This document shows, in pieces, positions 24,020 to 32,205 of a DNA stretch of 43,259 nucleotides. This stretch comes from Myxococcales bacterium (GTDB lineage Bacteria > Myxococcota_C > UBA6777): positions 1 through 43,259 of the forward strand of contig JALTMC010000623.1 of assembly GCA_027005175.1 (NCBI GenBank). Direction: 5' to 3'. The notes below the pieces were generated by a model. The model made no database searches. It saw only the letters and a list, made by a program, of their open reading frames with translations, and had not been told where the DNA came from. Position 1 is the first letter of the stretch, and each line of letters opens with the position of its first letter. Made by a program: the position numbers and the translations under genes.

Positions 24020-25711
24020 TTAAGGGAGTTTTTTTATCTTAAGGTGGAAGCGTCCAAGCCAATGCAAGTAGCGACTACCGATGGCAAGTCGGACACTGCC
24101 GTTTTTGTTGGGTAGGTAGGTGACTTTCTTTTCTTGCATCGTGGCTGCCAAGATCCCATTCACTTTGCTGGCCTTGCATTGGGTGTTGATCTCCGTGACA
24201 TCACAAGTATCACCAAACAGATAATACCGGGCGGGAAAGTTTGCTTTCAGAGAGATCTCATACTTCGTGCCAGCTTGTACCTTAAATCGATAATACAACT
24301 GAGGACCGTTGAGTTTTACAGTTGTTCCACAATGAAGTTTTCCCACAAACTCAGCAAGTGCACCCCAAGTTGAGTCCTTTACATCGATCAGGTTCTGTTG
24401 AAATGCGAGGGCCTTGGCATAGACACAACGGCTATGTTTTGGAATGGAGGTCGGCTTGCGAAGCTTAAAACCATAGTTTTTCTCTACAAAGGTGAGTATC
24501 GATTCTGCGAGAGCACGCGCATAATTGTAGCGTTTGCTGTCCTTTAGAAAGGAAAAGTGTGACTCGATTTGTGTTCCATCGATGGTTCCACCGTTGCGGG
24601 AACCATAGCTCGCTGTGTTATAGCCCCCATTAAAGAAACCACCGCCATTGGGGCTGGGATATTTGGAGCTGGGGACGGTTTTGTATCCTCTGGCTTGTAA
24701 CATCGAACCCAGGCTTTGAGGACCGCGAATAAGCTGGGAGAAGATCTTTCCTGGCATGGCCGCTAAAGCCTTCCAGGACGACTTTGTTTGGTAGACTACG
24801 TTGTTGTCTAGCACGGTATTGCTGAGGCCCAAGTCCTTGGAAGACAGAAGTATCCCCAGCTCAACCCAGGTCTCGCTGTGGGCATTGGTGTGCATGTCAA
24901 AGTAGTGTCCACGCTTGCAACGATGAGTGACCGTCTGGCGTGCAGCCAGGATGAAATCACGAAACTCAGTCCAGGCCTTCTCACTGTTTGCGTCACCTTG
25001 TGACGCCTCTTTGATCGCGCGGTTCGCATCCAGCTTGCTGCGATGCAAGCGGTTGATGATGATATGAGGTAAGCGTCCAGTGAGTTGATACAGGCGACGT
25101 GCAACGTCGAGGGTATACTCACGGCTGTTGGTGTCTCCACCCAACACACCTGTGGTGCGGCTTTTTATCTCTGATGGCCTTAAACTCCCACCATGAGGGG
25201 AACTTAAGATGATAGGGAGGGTCCCCACAACATATTTTATATACAAATTTCGACCGAAGTACGTTGAACCTGCTCGGTACTTGTCCTGTTGGGGATTGCT
25301 TAAGTCACACTGCGGTGCTTGGGGGATTTGCTCCGGTTGTGCGGTGTCCTGTGGGCGCTCTGGTATTGTCTCTTGTGAATGCTTTTCCGAACTCGAAGAG
25401 TCGGGTTCTCGATCAGAGTCCGAAGCATCTCGCTTTGTTCTAGGCTCCGAAGGCTGCTCTTGTGTCGGTTCCACAGCGATCTCTGCTGGCGACTCGGAGG
25501 AGAACTCCAGAGCAACATCTCTGATAGACTCGTGTGACGATTCTTGAGGAGGCAGAGGTTCTTTTTGATCCCCCTGCGCTTGTTGCTCTTTGCCTCTCTC
25601 GACCACATTCTCGCCCGTTATTACGGGTCCACAGCTTAAGTATCCTATCCCACTCCAAGAGAAAACGATAACAAAAATGATACGGTAACGTAATAATTGT
25701 GCTCTGAACAT
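24020..25711 (-). CDS. Secreted protein with N-formylglutamate-amidohydrolase-like hydrolase fold and a C-terminal beta-rich domain (function uncertain)
   Basis: Start at ATG 25711 gives MFRAQLLRYRIIFVIVFSWSGIGYLSC (signal/anchor). An acidic low-complexity linker follows, then ILSSPHGGSL...GGDTNS...INRLHRSKLDANR, reminiscent of the FGase family (HGG / SR..D.NR). Confidence 0.4.
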   Translation of the reverse strand: MFRAQLLRYRIIFVIVFSWSGIGYLSCGPVITGENVVERGKEQQAQGDQKEPLPPQESSHESIRDVALEFSSESPAEIAVEPTQEQPSEPRTKRDASDSDREPDSSSSEKHSQETIPERPQDTAQPEQIPQAPQCDLSNPQQDKYRAGSTYFGRNLYIKYVVGTLPIILSSPHGGSLRPSEIKSRTTGVLGGDTNSREYTLDVARRLYQLTGRLPHIIINRLHRSKLDANRAIKEASQGDANSEKAWTEFRDFILAARQTVTHRCKRGHYFDMHTNAHSETWVELGILLSSKDLGLSNTVLDNNVVYQTKSSWKALAAMPGKIFSQLIRGPQSLGSMLQARGYKTVPSSKYPSPNGGGFFNGGYNTASYGSRNGGTIDGTQIESHFSFLKDSKRYNYARALAESILTFVEKNYGFKLRKPTSIPKHSRCVYAKALAFQQNLIDVKDSTWGALAEFVGKLHCGTTVKLNGPQLYYRFKVQAGTKYEISLKANFPARYYLFGDTCDVTEINTQCKASKVNGILAATMQEKKVTYLPNKNGSVRLAIGSRYLHWLGRFHLKIKKLP

Positions 25712-25888
25712 GATGGTAACCTTTATGATACTTGGCCTACATTTGTGATGACTGTCGTTGACCGTAGAAGCTTGATTCATCGTGGCATCCTATCACAAGA
25801 AAGCTGATGAGGTGCTTTTTCCAAAGAGAGTCCTCTTTTTTCGATATGGGGCTTTCGTTCTGTTGATCTGAGCCATTCGACAAGTTGA

Positions 25889-25904
25889 CCTATATCAATA
25901 GGTA
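25889..25904. promoter_or_regulatory. Palindrome ACCTATatcaATAGGT overlapping a TTGACC box, 185 bp upstream of the SQR-like gene
   Basis: 6-bp perfect arms with a 4-bp spacer. The operator function is only an inference. Confidence 0.25.
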
Positions 25905-25971
25905 CGGTTAAGTGCTTGCCTGAAAAGGGTTATATGTTTTTGTATACGATTGCAACCCCTTGCTCTTTCGT

Positions 25972-26039
25972 GTCTCTTTCGAAGTGTAAAGGAAGTGAGG
26001 CTTTCGTCTCTTTCGAAGTGTAAAGGAAGTGAGGCTTTC
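25972..26039. repeat. Perfect 34-bp tandem duplication (gtctctttcgaagtgtaaaggaagtgaggctttc x2) in the leader of the SQR-like gene
   Basis: 25972-26005 is identical to 26006-26039. Confidence 0.95.
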
Positions 26040-26088
26040 CAAAGGTTGATTCTATTCCAGTAACCATAAACAGAGAGTAGAGGATATT

Positions 26089-27318
26089 ATGAAAAATATC
26101 GTAATATTGGGAGCGGGAACAGCTGGAACAATGATGGCGAACAAGCTCGTTCGTGAGCTCCCCAAGTCGGAATGGGATGTGACAGTCGTGGATCGCGACA
26201 ATGTTCACATTTATCAACCGGGTCTCTTATTTCTTCCTTTTGGAGGTTACAGTCGAAAAGAGATTGAAAAGCCGCGCAATCGACTTCTCGACTCGGATAT
26301 CAATCTGATTCTGAGTCCGATTCAGCGAATTGAGCCCGATTCACAACAGGTCTTCTTGGAAGATGAGATTGTGCTTCCTTATGATGTCTTGATCGTAGCA
26401 ACAGGAACACGCGTTGCTCCGGAAGAGACGGAGGGAATGACAGGGGTCGGTTGGCAAGATTCGATCTTTGATTTCTATACTCTGGCAGGTGCGAGTAAGT
26501 TGGAAGAGTTTCTCGCACGCTGGGAAGGCGGTAAGCTCGTTCTGAATATCGCTGAGATGCCGATCAAGTGCCCCGTGGCCCCCCTTGAGTTCCTGTTTCT
26601 TGCGGACGACTTTTTCACCAAAAAAGGCATCCGTGACAAGGTTGAACTCGTGATGGCTACACCGCTGGACGGTGCCTTTACCAAACCTGTTGCTGCGGGC
26701 ATCTTGGGCAATATGTTGGAACAGCGAAACATCAAAGTTGAGAGTGACTTTGTGATCGCCAAGGTTGATGGAGAGAAGAAGAATATCGAGGGCTACGATG
26801 GCAAGCAGATCGACTATGACTTGCTTGTCACCATTCCCCTACACTTTGGTACAGAGGCCATTGGGACTTCAAAGATGGGAGATGCTTCGGACTTCTTCCC
26901 AACAGACAAACACACACTGCGGGCCAAGAACTTCGAAAATATCTTTGCTCTCGGTGATGCGACAGATCTTCCCACTTCAAAGGCGGGCTCCGTTGCTCAC
27001 TTTCAGGCTGATGTCTTGATTCACAATGTACTCAGACACATCAACGGGCAAGAGCTGCAACCCGACTTTGACGGCCATGCCAACTGCTTCATCGAGACTG
27101 GGTTTGGGAAAGCTCTCTTGATCGATTTTAATTACGATACAGAGCCTCTTCCAGGTCGTTTTCCTTTACCTGGTGTCGGACCGTTCAAGCTGTTAGAAGA
27201 GAGTTATATCAATCACTGGGGTAAGCTTGGGTTTAAGTGGGTGTATTGGAACTTGTTAGTCAAAGGTGAAGAACTACCACTCGACCATCGTATGCTTATG
27301 GCAGGAAAATGGAGCTGA
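26089..27318 (+). CDS. Sulfide:quinone-oxidoreductase-like FAD-dependent pyridine-nucleotide-disulfide oxidoreductase
   Basis: MKNIVILGAGTAGTMMA (Rossmann GxGxxG), MPIKCPVAPLEF and HANCFIETGFGKA (the two redox Cys contexts typical of SQR-type enzymes), FALGDATDLPTSKAGSVAHFQA. Confidence 0.75.
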   Translation: MKNIVILGAGTAGTMMANKLVRELPKSEWDVTVVDRDNVHIYQPGLLFLPFGGYSRKEIEKPRNRLLDSDINLILSPIQRIEPDSQQVFLEDEIVLPYDVLIVATGTRVAPEETEGMTGVGWQDSIFDFYTLAGASKLEEFLARWEGGKLVLNIAEMPIKCPVAPLEFLFLADDFFTKKGIRDKVELVMATPLDGAFTKPVAAGILGNMLEQRNIKVESDFVIAKVDGEKKNIEGYDGKQIDYDLLVTIPLHFGTEAIGTSKMGDASDFFPTDKHTLRAKNFENIFALGDATDLPTSKAGSVAHFQADVLIHNVLRHINGQELQPDFDGHANCFIETGFGKALLIDFNYDTEPLPGRFPLPGVGPFKLLEESYINHWGKLGFKWVYWNLLVKGEELPLDHRMLMAGKWS

Positions 27319-27320
27319 AA

Positions 27321-28277
27321 ATGCAAAATCAAGAATGGCAAACTGCAGTGACTGAACTCTCGCAACGTATGGACCAAATGAATCAACAGTTGGCCGCGTT
27401 GGTACAGAGTCAGCAATATGTGTCGGAGTTTGTGGTAGAGATGAACCCGATCCTCAAAGAGGTCATGTCTGCTGGTACAACAGAGCTTCAGAAATTGGAA
27501 GATAAAGGATACTTCTCCTTTGGGCGTGAACTCATAGGTGTCCTCGATCAGATCGTGACAGGATTCACTCCTGAAGATGTGAATCTTTTAGGGCAGAATA
27601 TTGTTGGAATTTTGAATACTGTCAAAGGACTCACACAACCTGAAATGCTGAATCTTGTGAACAGTGCGACAGATCCTATTCGTTATGCGGACAAAGTCAA
27701 ATCTGTCGGTATGCTCGGGATGTTGAGGGCAACACGCGATGACGATGCTCGACGAGGATTTGGCGTTCTTATGGAAGTCTTTCGTCAGATCGGGCGTGGA
27801 GTGGAAGGTCTCAATGGCAATGGTGTCTCAAGAGGTCGGGCAACACTGAGCAAAAAAGAGGCCGTTCGGGCTCGCCTGGCTCCCAAGCGCAGAGTAAAAG
27901 CTCCCGCAGCTTCTGCTCCTGCCGCTTCTGCTCCTGTGGCAACACGGCCAAAAGCAAAACCTCGGATTGTTGCATCTGCAACTCCAGTGATCGAAGGCTT
28001 CTCGGCAGATGGTTATCTGCTCGACCCAGAAACCTGGAATCGTGACCTTGGTGTGCGCGTTGCCCAAGCCAATGGTATCGAATTAACGGACGCTCACTGG
28101 AAGATCATTGAGTTTGTAAGGGCTGACTTCAAGGAAGTTGGAAAGGCTCCAAACATCCGACGAATTACGCAGGGCATGGATGTCTCAACTAAGGAGATCT
28201 ACTCTCTGTTTCCCAAAGCTCCCGGTCGAACGATCGCCAAAGTTGCTGGAGTTCCAAAGCCTGGTGGCTGTCTGTAA
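27321..28277 (+). CDS. Fusion protein: N-terminal DUF1641-like domain - Ala/Pro linker - C-terminal TusE/DsrC-family sulfur-carrier domain
   Basis: C-terminus DGYLLDPETWN...TDAHWKIIEFVRADFKEVGKAPNIRRI...LFPKAPGRTIAKVAGVPKPGGCL (DsrC/TusE signature with the penultimate-arm Cys). N-terminus ends with MLGMLRATRDDDARRGFGVLMEVFRQIG (DUF1641-like). ATG 27321 has GGAG 6 nt upstream; ATG 27309 is an alternative that overlaps the SQR stop. Confidence 0.7.
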   Translation: MQNQEWQTAVTELSQRMDQMNQQLAALVQSQQYVSEFVVEMNPILKEVMSAGTTELQKLEDKGYFSFGRELIGVLDQIVTGFTPEDVNLLGQNIVGILNTVKGLTQPEMLNLVNSATDPIRYADKVKSVGMLGMLRATRDDDARRGFGVLMEVFRQIGRGVEGLNGNGVSRGRATLSKKEAVRARLAPKRRVKAPAASAPAASAPVATRPKAKPRIVASATPVIEGFSADGYLLDPETWNRDLGVRVAQANGIELTDAHWKIIEFVRADFKEVGKAPNIRRITQGMDVSTKEIYSLFPKAPGRTIAKVAGVPKPGGCL

Positions 28278-28299
28278 CGTTGATGACAAAGGCTCGGCT

Positions 28300-28364
28300 T
28301 TACCTGTTGACTTTCATGGAAGCCGTTGGCTTTCATGAAAGTCAACAGGTAAGGTTGTTTTTTG
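28300..28364 (+). terminator. Rho-independent terminator after the DUF1641-TusE gene
   Basis: 19-bp perfect stem (ttacctgttgactttcatg / catgaaagtcaacaggtaa), 15-nt loop, followed by ggttgttttttg. Confidence 0.7.
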
Positions 28365-28426
28365 TCGTCACTTTCATGACAACAAACCACCGAAGATCTA
28401 GATAACTTGAGACAGGAGAAATATCG

Positions 28427-28933
28427 ATGAACGTACAATCCAATACAGAAAATGCACAAGACACTGCAAAGTCTGATGCACGCAAGGTCGCTCTTATTTG
28501 CTCCAAAGGTGGCTTGGATGAAGTTTACCCGGCTCTTATCCTGGCCAATGCGGCACGTATGGCAGGGATTGAAGCCATGATCTTTTTCACTTTTTATGGT
28601 TTAGATGCGATCACAGAGAGCAAAGTCGATCACCTGCATGTGAACGTGGTCGGTAATCCAACAAGCCCCATGCCCACGATGATTGCAGGTCTTCCTGGGA
28701 TGGAAACACTCGCTGCTAAGATGATGAAATCCCGTATGGAAGAGATGGATATGCCCACCGCCAGAGAGATGTTGGAGATCCTTGCTGATGCCGGGACTGA
28801 ACTCTATGCTTGTGAACTGGCTATGGATATGATGAAACGAACCAAAGAGGAGCTGCTGCCACAAGTCATCGATGTGATCACGGCAGGCGACTTCTACGAT
28901 CTGTCGGAAGGTGCTCAGATCATCTTTACCTGA
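28427..28933 (+). CDS. DsrE/DsrF-like (DsrE2-type) sulfur-relay family protein
   Basis: AGGAG upstream. KVALICSKGGLDEVYPALILANAARMAGIEAMIFFTFYGLDAI... and C-terminal ...ELYACELAMDMM...VITAGDFYDL, typical of the DsrE2-like family. Confidence 0.65.
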   Translation: MNVQSNTENAQDTAKSDARKVALICSKGGLDEVYPALILANAARMAGIEAMIFFTFYGLDAITESKVDHLHVNVVGNPTSPMPTMIAGLPGMETLAAKMMKSRMEEMDMPTAREMLEILADAGTELYACELAMDMMKRTKEELLPQVIDVITAGDFYDLSEGAQIIFT

Positions 28934-28991
28934 TTGCCCTCACTCTCACGAGATTTTCCTTTTTCCCACATTGCTAAGCAAGGAGCAAGTT

Positions 28992-29816
28992 GTGTGTGAG
29001 TTATTTGCTCTTTCAAGTTCTCTTCCTACACGACTTACGATCTCTCTGGATGAGTTTGCCCGACATGCAGGAGGTGTCGCACCACACCAAGATGGCTGGG
29101 GCATCGCATTCTACGAAGGATACGATATCCAACGGATGCGAGAATCTCTTGCGATGAGTCGCAGTGCTCACCTCTCTTTTCTTAAACAACACCAGATGGA
29201 CAGCTCTATGATCCTGGCACATATTCGCTGGGCATCACAGGGGGAGAAGCGGCTGTTTAATACACAGCCCTTTACCCGAGAGCTGGGTGGGCGTATGCAC
29301 TCCTTTGTTCACAACGGAGACATCAAAAATATTCGAGAGATCTGTCCGACACTTTCCGGTTGCTACAGGCCCATCGGAGATACGGACTCCGAGATCTTGT
29401 TCTGTTATTTGTTAGAGTTCTTGCAAGACTCTTGGAGGAACACAAAACCCCCCTCTGTGGAAGAGAGATTTCAAGCCGTGTGGAAGTTTGCCCAAGAGAC
29501 TAAAGCATGGGGCAGTAATAACTTTCTTTATAGCGATGGTGAGTTTCTTTTTGCTCATGGTCATCGCCGGATTCATGAACGAGGGGAGAAGGTCTCTACC
29601 CCTCCCGGCCTGCATTTCTTGTGTCGAACCTGTGTTGAATCTCCTCTCCCCTCGATCGAAGGCTTGTCTATCCAGGCAGAAGGCCAACAACAGCGCATCG
29701 CGTTGGTCGCAAGCGTCCCCCTCTCCCAAGAGTCCTGGCGACCACTGGAAGAGGGCGAACTGCTGATGATCTCACAAGGGGTCATCGTTAAAAGTCAAAC
29801 CCCCGACATGCTGTAA
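28992..29816 (+). CDS. Class II (Ntn) glutamine amidotransferase, YafJ-type
   Basis: GTG start at 28992 (AAGGAG 6 nt upstream) places Cys at position 2: (M)CELFALSSSLPTRLTISLDEFARHAGGVAPHQDGWGIAFYEG, as in YafJ-like Ntn amidotransferases. The listed ORF start 28911 overlaps the previous gene and is rejected. Confidence 0.8.
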   Translation: MCELFALSSSLPTRLTISLDEFARHAGGVAPHQDGWGIAFYEGYDIQRMRESLAMSRSAHLSFLKQHQMDSSMILAHIRWASQGEKRLFNTQPFTRELGGRMHSFVHNGDIKNIREICPTLSGCYRPIGDTDSEILFCYLLEFLQDSWRNTKPPSVEERFQAVWKFAQETKAWGSNNFLYSDGEFLFAHGHRRIHERGEKVSTPPGLHFLCRTCVESPLPSIEGLSIQAEGQQQRIALVASVPLSQESWRPLEEGELLMISQGVIVKSQTPDML

Positions 29817-29973
29817 ACTGAGCCCCACCCACTCCTTTCGCAAGCATTAAAAGCCAACAAAATCAACGCCCCCGATTTCCCCTTTTTACTCCTTTTCATC
29901 GTCTGTCAACGAGAGTTCAAGCACTGACAGGGTGAGAGTTGTGCACTCTGCAAGGAGTGGACCCCGAGCCCAC

Positions 29974-30083
29974 GCTTGCGAGAAGGGGATAGCTAGGTTT
30001 CAGCGATATATTCTTTACATTGCTCTGCCATCATGAACCTCCTGTCATGCTTACGAGAAGGGGATAGCTAGGTTTCAGCAATA
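29974..30083. repeat. 35-bp direct repeat (75-bp period); the second copy contains the last codons and stop of the desaturase-family gene
   Basis: gcttRcgagaaggggatagctaggtttcagcRata at 29974-30008 and 30049-30083, with 2 mismatches. Confidence 0.9.
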
Positions 30084-30994
30084 CCTTTCTCTAAGGTCGA
30101 TTTTTCTTTTGTATGTTGTAGGTTCTGTTGAAATAGAGGGTAGAGCACTTGGTGCGTGAAGTCTTCCGGAAAGGTTTCGATACCGGGGAAGCCCAAGGGG
30201 ATGTCTCGTCCGTTGCTGGGGATATATGCGGTGCCAAAGAGATAATCCCAGAGACTTAAAGTCAGCCCATAGTTCATTCCGTAGGGGCGATCTTCGGGAA
30301 GGTCGCGGGCATGGTGCCAGATATGCATCTGGGGATTGTTGAAGATATACTTGAAGGGTCCTAGTGGAAGCTTGACATTGGAGTGATTAAAGTGACCCAT
30401 GGTGATCGCAAACATATGCACCACGAAGAAGTCCTGGACACCAAATCCAATCATCGCCAATGGGATATATTCAATGGTTCGGTATACCAGGGTCTCCATC
30501 CAGTGGTATCGAAACTGAGCCGCAAATCCCATCTCTCTTACAGAGTGATGTACCTTGTGAAAGTTCCAAAGGGTGGGGACACGGTGCAATAAGCGATGCA
30601 CGTTAAATTGAATAAAGTCACGCACCACAAACATTGTGAGTAACTTGGCCCAGACCGGCCAGGACTGGATATGAATCATGACTAGGTTTTTGATTCCAAA
30701 CCATCCCAAAAACTGGTTAAATCCGTGGACCAAAACATTCGTTAATGCAGCGTAACCAATGAGTGAAAAGAGAAATACGTTGAAAAACATATAGAAGCCA
30801 TCAAGCCAAAAACCCCGACGTATGACGGCTTGCTCTTTGCGCCAGGGAAGCATGATCTCCCACAGCCAAAACAACAAAGAGACTGTCACCAGACCATAGA
30901 AAAAACTGTGCCAGGACGGCTGGGTAATGTCTGTCCACAGGTAATGTCCATATCCTGTAAATGAGTCGATTATGATATTCAGATATTCTCTCAT
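30068..30994 (-). CDS. Fatty-acid hydroxylase / sterol-desaturase superfamily membrane di-iron enzyme
   Basis: Three His boxes: HRLLH, HKVHH, HIWHH. 4-5 TM helices. Start at ATG 30994, preceded by the cassette SD (aagaggtttttttctgATG). Confidence 0.8.
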   Translation of the reverse strand: MREYLNIIIDSFTGYGHYLWTDITQPSWHSFFYGLVTVSLLFWLWEIMLPWRKEQAVIRRGFWLDGFYMFFNVFLFSLIGYAALTNVLVHGFNQFLGWFGIKNLVMIHIQSWPVWAKLLTMFVVRDFIQFNVHRLLHRVPTLWNFHKVHHSVREMGFAAQFRYHWMETLVYRTIEYIPLAMIGFGVQDFFVVHMFAITMGHFNHSNVKLPLGPFKYIFNNPQMHIWHHARDLPEDRPYGMNYGLTLSLWDYLFGTAYIPSNGRDIPLGFPGIETFPEDFTHQVLYPLFQQNLQHTKEKSTLEKGIAET

Positions 30995-31050
30995 CAGAAA
31001 AAAACCTCTTATGTTGTGGGCGTTGAAAATCCCTGCAGAATCTATAGGCC
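30992..31050 (-). repeat. Truncated copy of the TGTAGAYTC cassette, supplying SD+ATG of the desaturase-family gene
   Basis: Minus strand: cctatagattctgcagggattttcaacgcccacaacataagaggtttttttctgATG. The last ~30 nt are near-identical to 5428-5457. Confidence 0.85.
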
Positions 31051-31334
31051 GACATTCCGCACTGAACATATGACTTTTGGGATTATTGACGAAATCATTG
31101 AACTTTTGCTCTCCTAGAAAAAAAATACGCGACTTAATCTGATAGACAAATCAGAGTAAGTCTCAGGTGATTGCTTATTCAGATGAGTGTGTTTTATCGA
31201 ATTACAACCATGATATTGAACGCATTTTCACTCTATATTCCAGTTTTTCAAAAACGATGTGCGGAATGTCGGTATAGGAGTTACCTTATATCTTCTTTCC
31301 CAAAGAGACAATACCACCCGGTTCGGTTTTATTG

Positions 31335-31404
31335 TGAGGTGATTGCTAAGGAACATCGAGGGTATTATGGGGTGATATTATGAGGTGATTGCTAAGGAAC
31401 ATCG
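31335..31404. repeat. 24-bp perfect direct repeat x2 (tgaggtgattgctaaggaacatcg), 46-bp period
   Basis: 31335-31358 and 31381-31404, just 3' of the cytochrome gene stop. Confidence 0.9.
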
Positions 31405-31412
31405 GGGAGGGA

Positions 31413-31925
31413 TTATTTTTGTTTTGCCTTTTTCATTAACTTTTTTGCCAGAGGTGATACGGGTTCCAGTGCGATGCGATAGGTGGCATGGCAAGAGACG
31501 CAAGTCGAAAGTGCAGTGGATAATTCACCCAGCAGTTGTTTCTTATTCATGGTGCCATCCTTGATCTTCGCTGCCAGAACATCCATCTTTCTGTGCAAGC
31601 CCATGCCCATGGTTTTGAGAGCCAATGGAAGTTTTCCCAGCAAAGTTACAGAGTCATCGGCTGCCATCTTGACACCCATATTGGACAGGTGCTTGGCTGT
31701 TCCTTTGAGGTCATCGGCTGCCAAACGAGAAACAACACCTTGCAACTCTTGCAACAAGGTTCTCATCTCTGCAAGGACAAAGTGTCGCTCTGTTGGAGAT
31801 AATCGAACAGTCACTCGACCATCCACATTCGTTTTACTCTGCCCTACCACAAAGTAATATCCAAAAACTCCAATGGTGATGACCCAAAGTAAGATCGCTG
31901 CAATGCTGATATATTTCGCTTTCAT
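31413..31925 (-). CDS. Membrane-anchored class II (cytochrome c'-like, four-helix-bundle) c-type cytochrome
   Basis: Start at ATG 31925 (GGGAGAG upstream). N-terminal anchor ISIAAILLWVITIGVFGYYFVV, helical body, and a single CxxCH (CVSCH) near the C-terminus followed by ..YR. Confidence 0.55.
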   Translation of the reverse strand: MKAKYISIAAILLWVITIGVFGYYFVVGQSKTNVDGRVTVRLSPTERHFVLAEMRTLLQELQGVVSRLAADDLKGTAKHLSNMGVKMAADDSVTLLGKLPLALKTMGMGLHRKMDVLAAKIKDGTMNKKQLLGELSTALSTCVSCHATYRIALEPVSPLAKKLMKKAKQK

Positions 31926-31974
31926 CTGTTCTCTCTCCCGTTGTAATGAGGGGGGGTGGACTTTTTTTCTGTAT

Positions 31975-32153
31975 GCGAGTGTGTACTCGCTTATGGATTG
32001 ATAATGGTTTGAATGTTGTTTGTCAAGAAGTTTTTTGCAAAGTAAGATTTGTTTGTATCTTACTGTAGTATGCTGTGGTTTTGAAATGGAATGCAATACT
32101 GTGGTCGTTCGGTTTTTAAGTTGATACTTGTTAGATGCAAGTGTATACTTGCA
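31975..32153. promoter_or_regulatory. Three inverted repeats in the divergent promoter region between the two heme-protein genes
   Basis: gcgagtGTGTactcgc (31975-31990), agtaagatTTGTTTGTatcttact (32041-32064), tgcaagtGTATacttgca (32136-32153). Confidence 0.3.
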
Positions 32154-32205
32154 TTTTGTTGTCGTGTCGTGATGGACATTGGAATTAAGCAAAGGGAGTT
32201 TTCTG

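Noticed and set aside
31926-32192. 89-codon N-terminal extension of the cytochrome c'-like ORF, and the MELSKGSFL extension of the Haem_bd ORF.
   Set aside because: The extensions cross the divergent promoter with its inverted repeats and would overlap each other. Internal ATGs at 31925 and 32206 have SD sequences and give sensible signal anchors.
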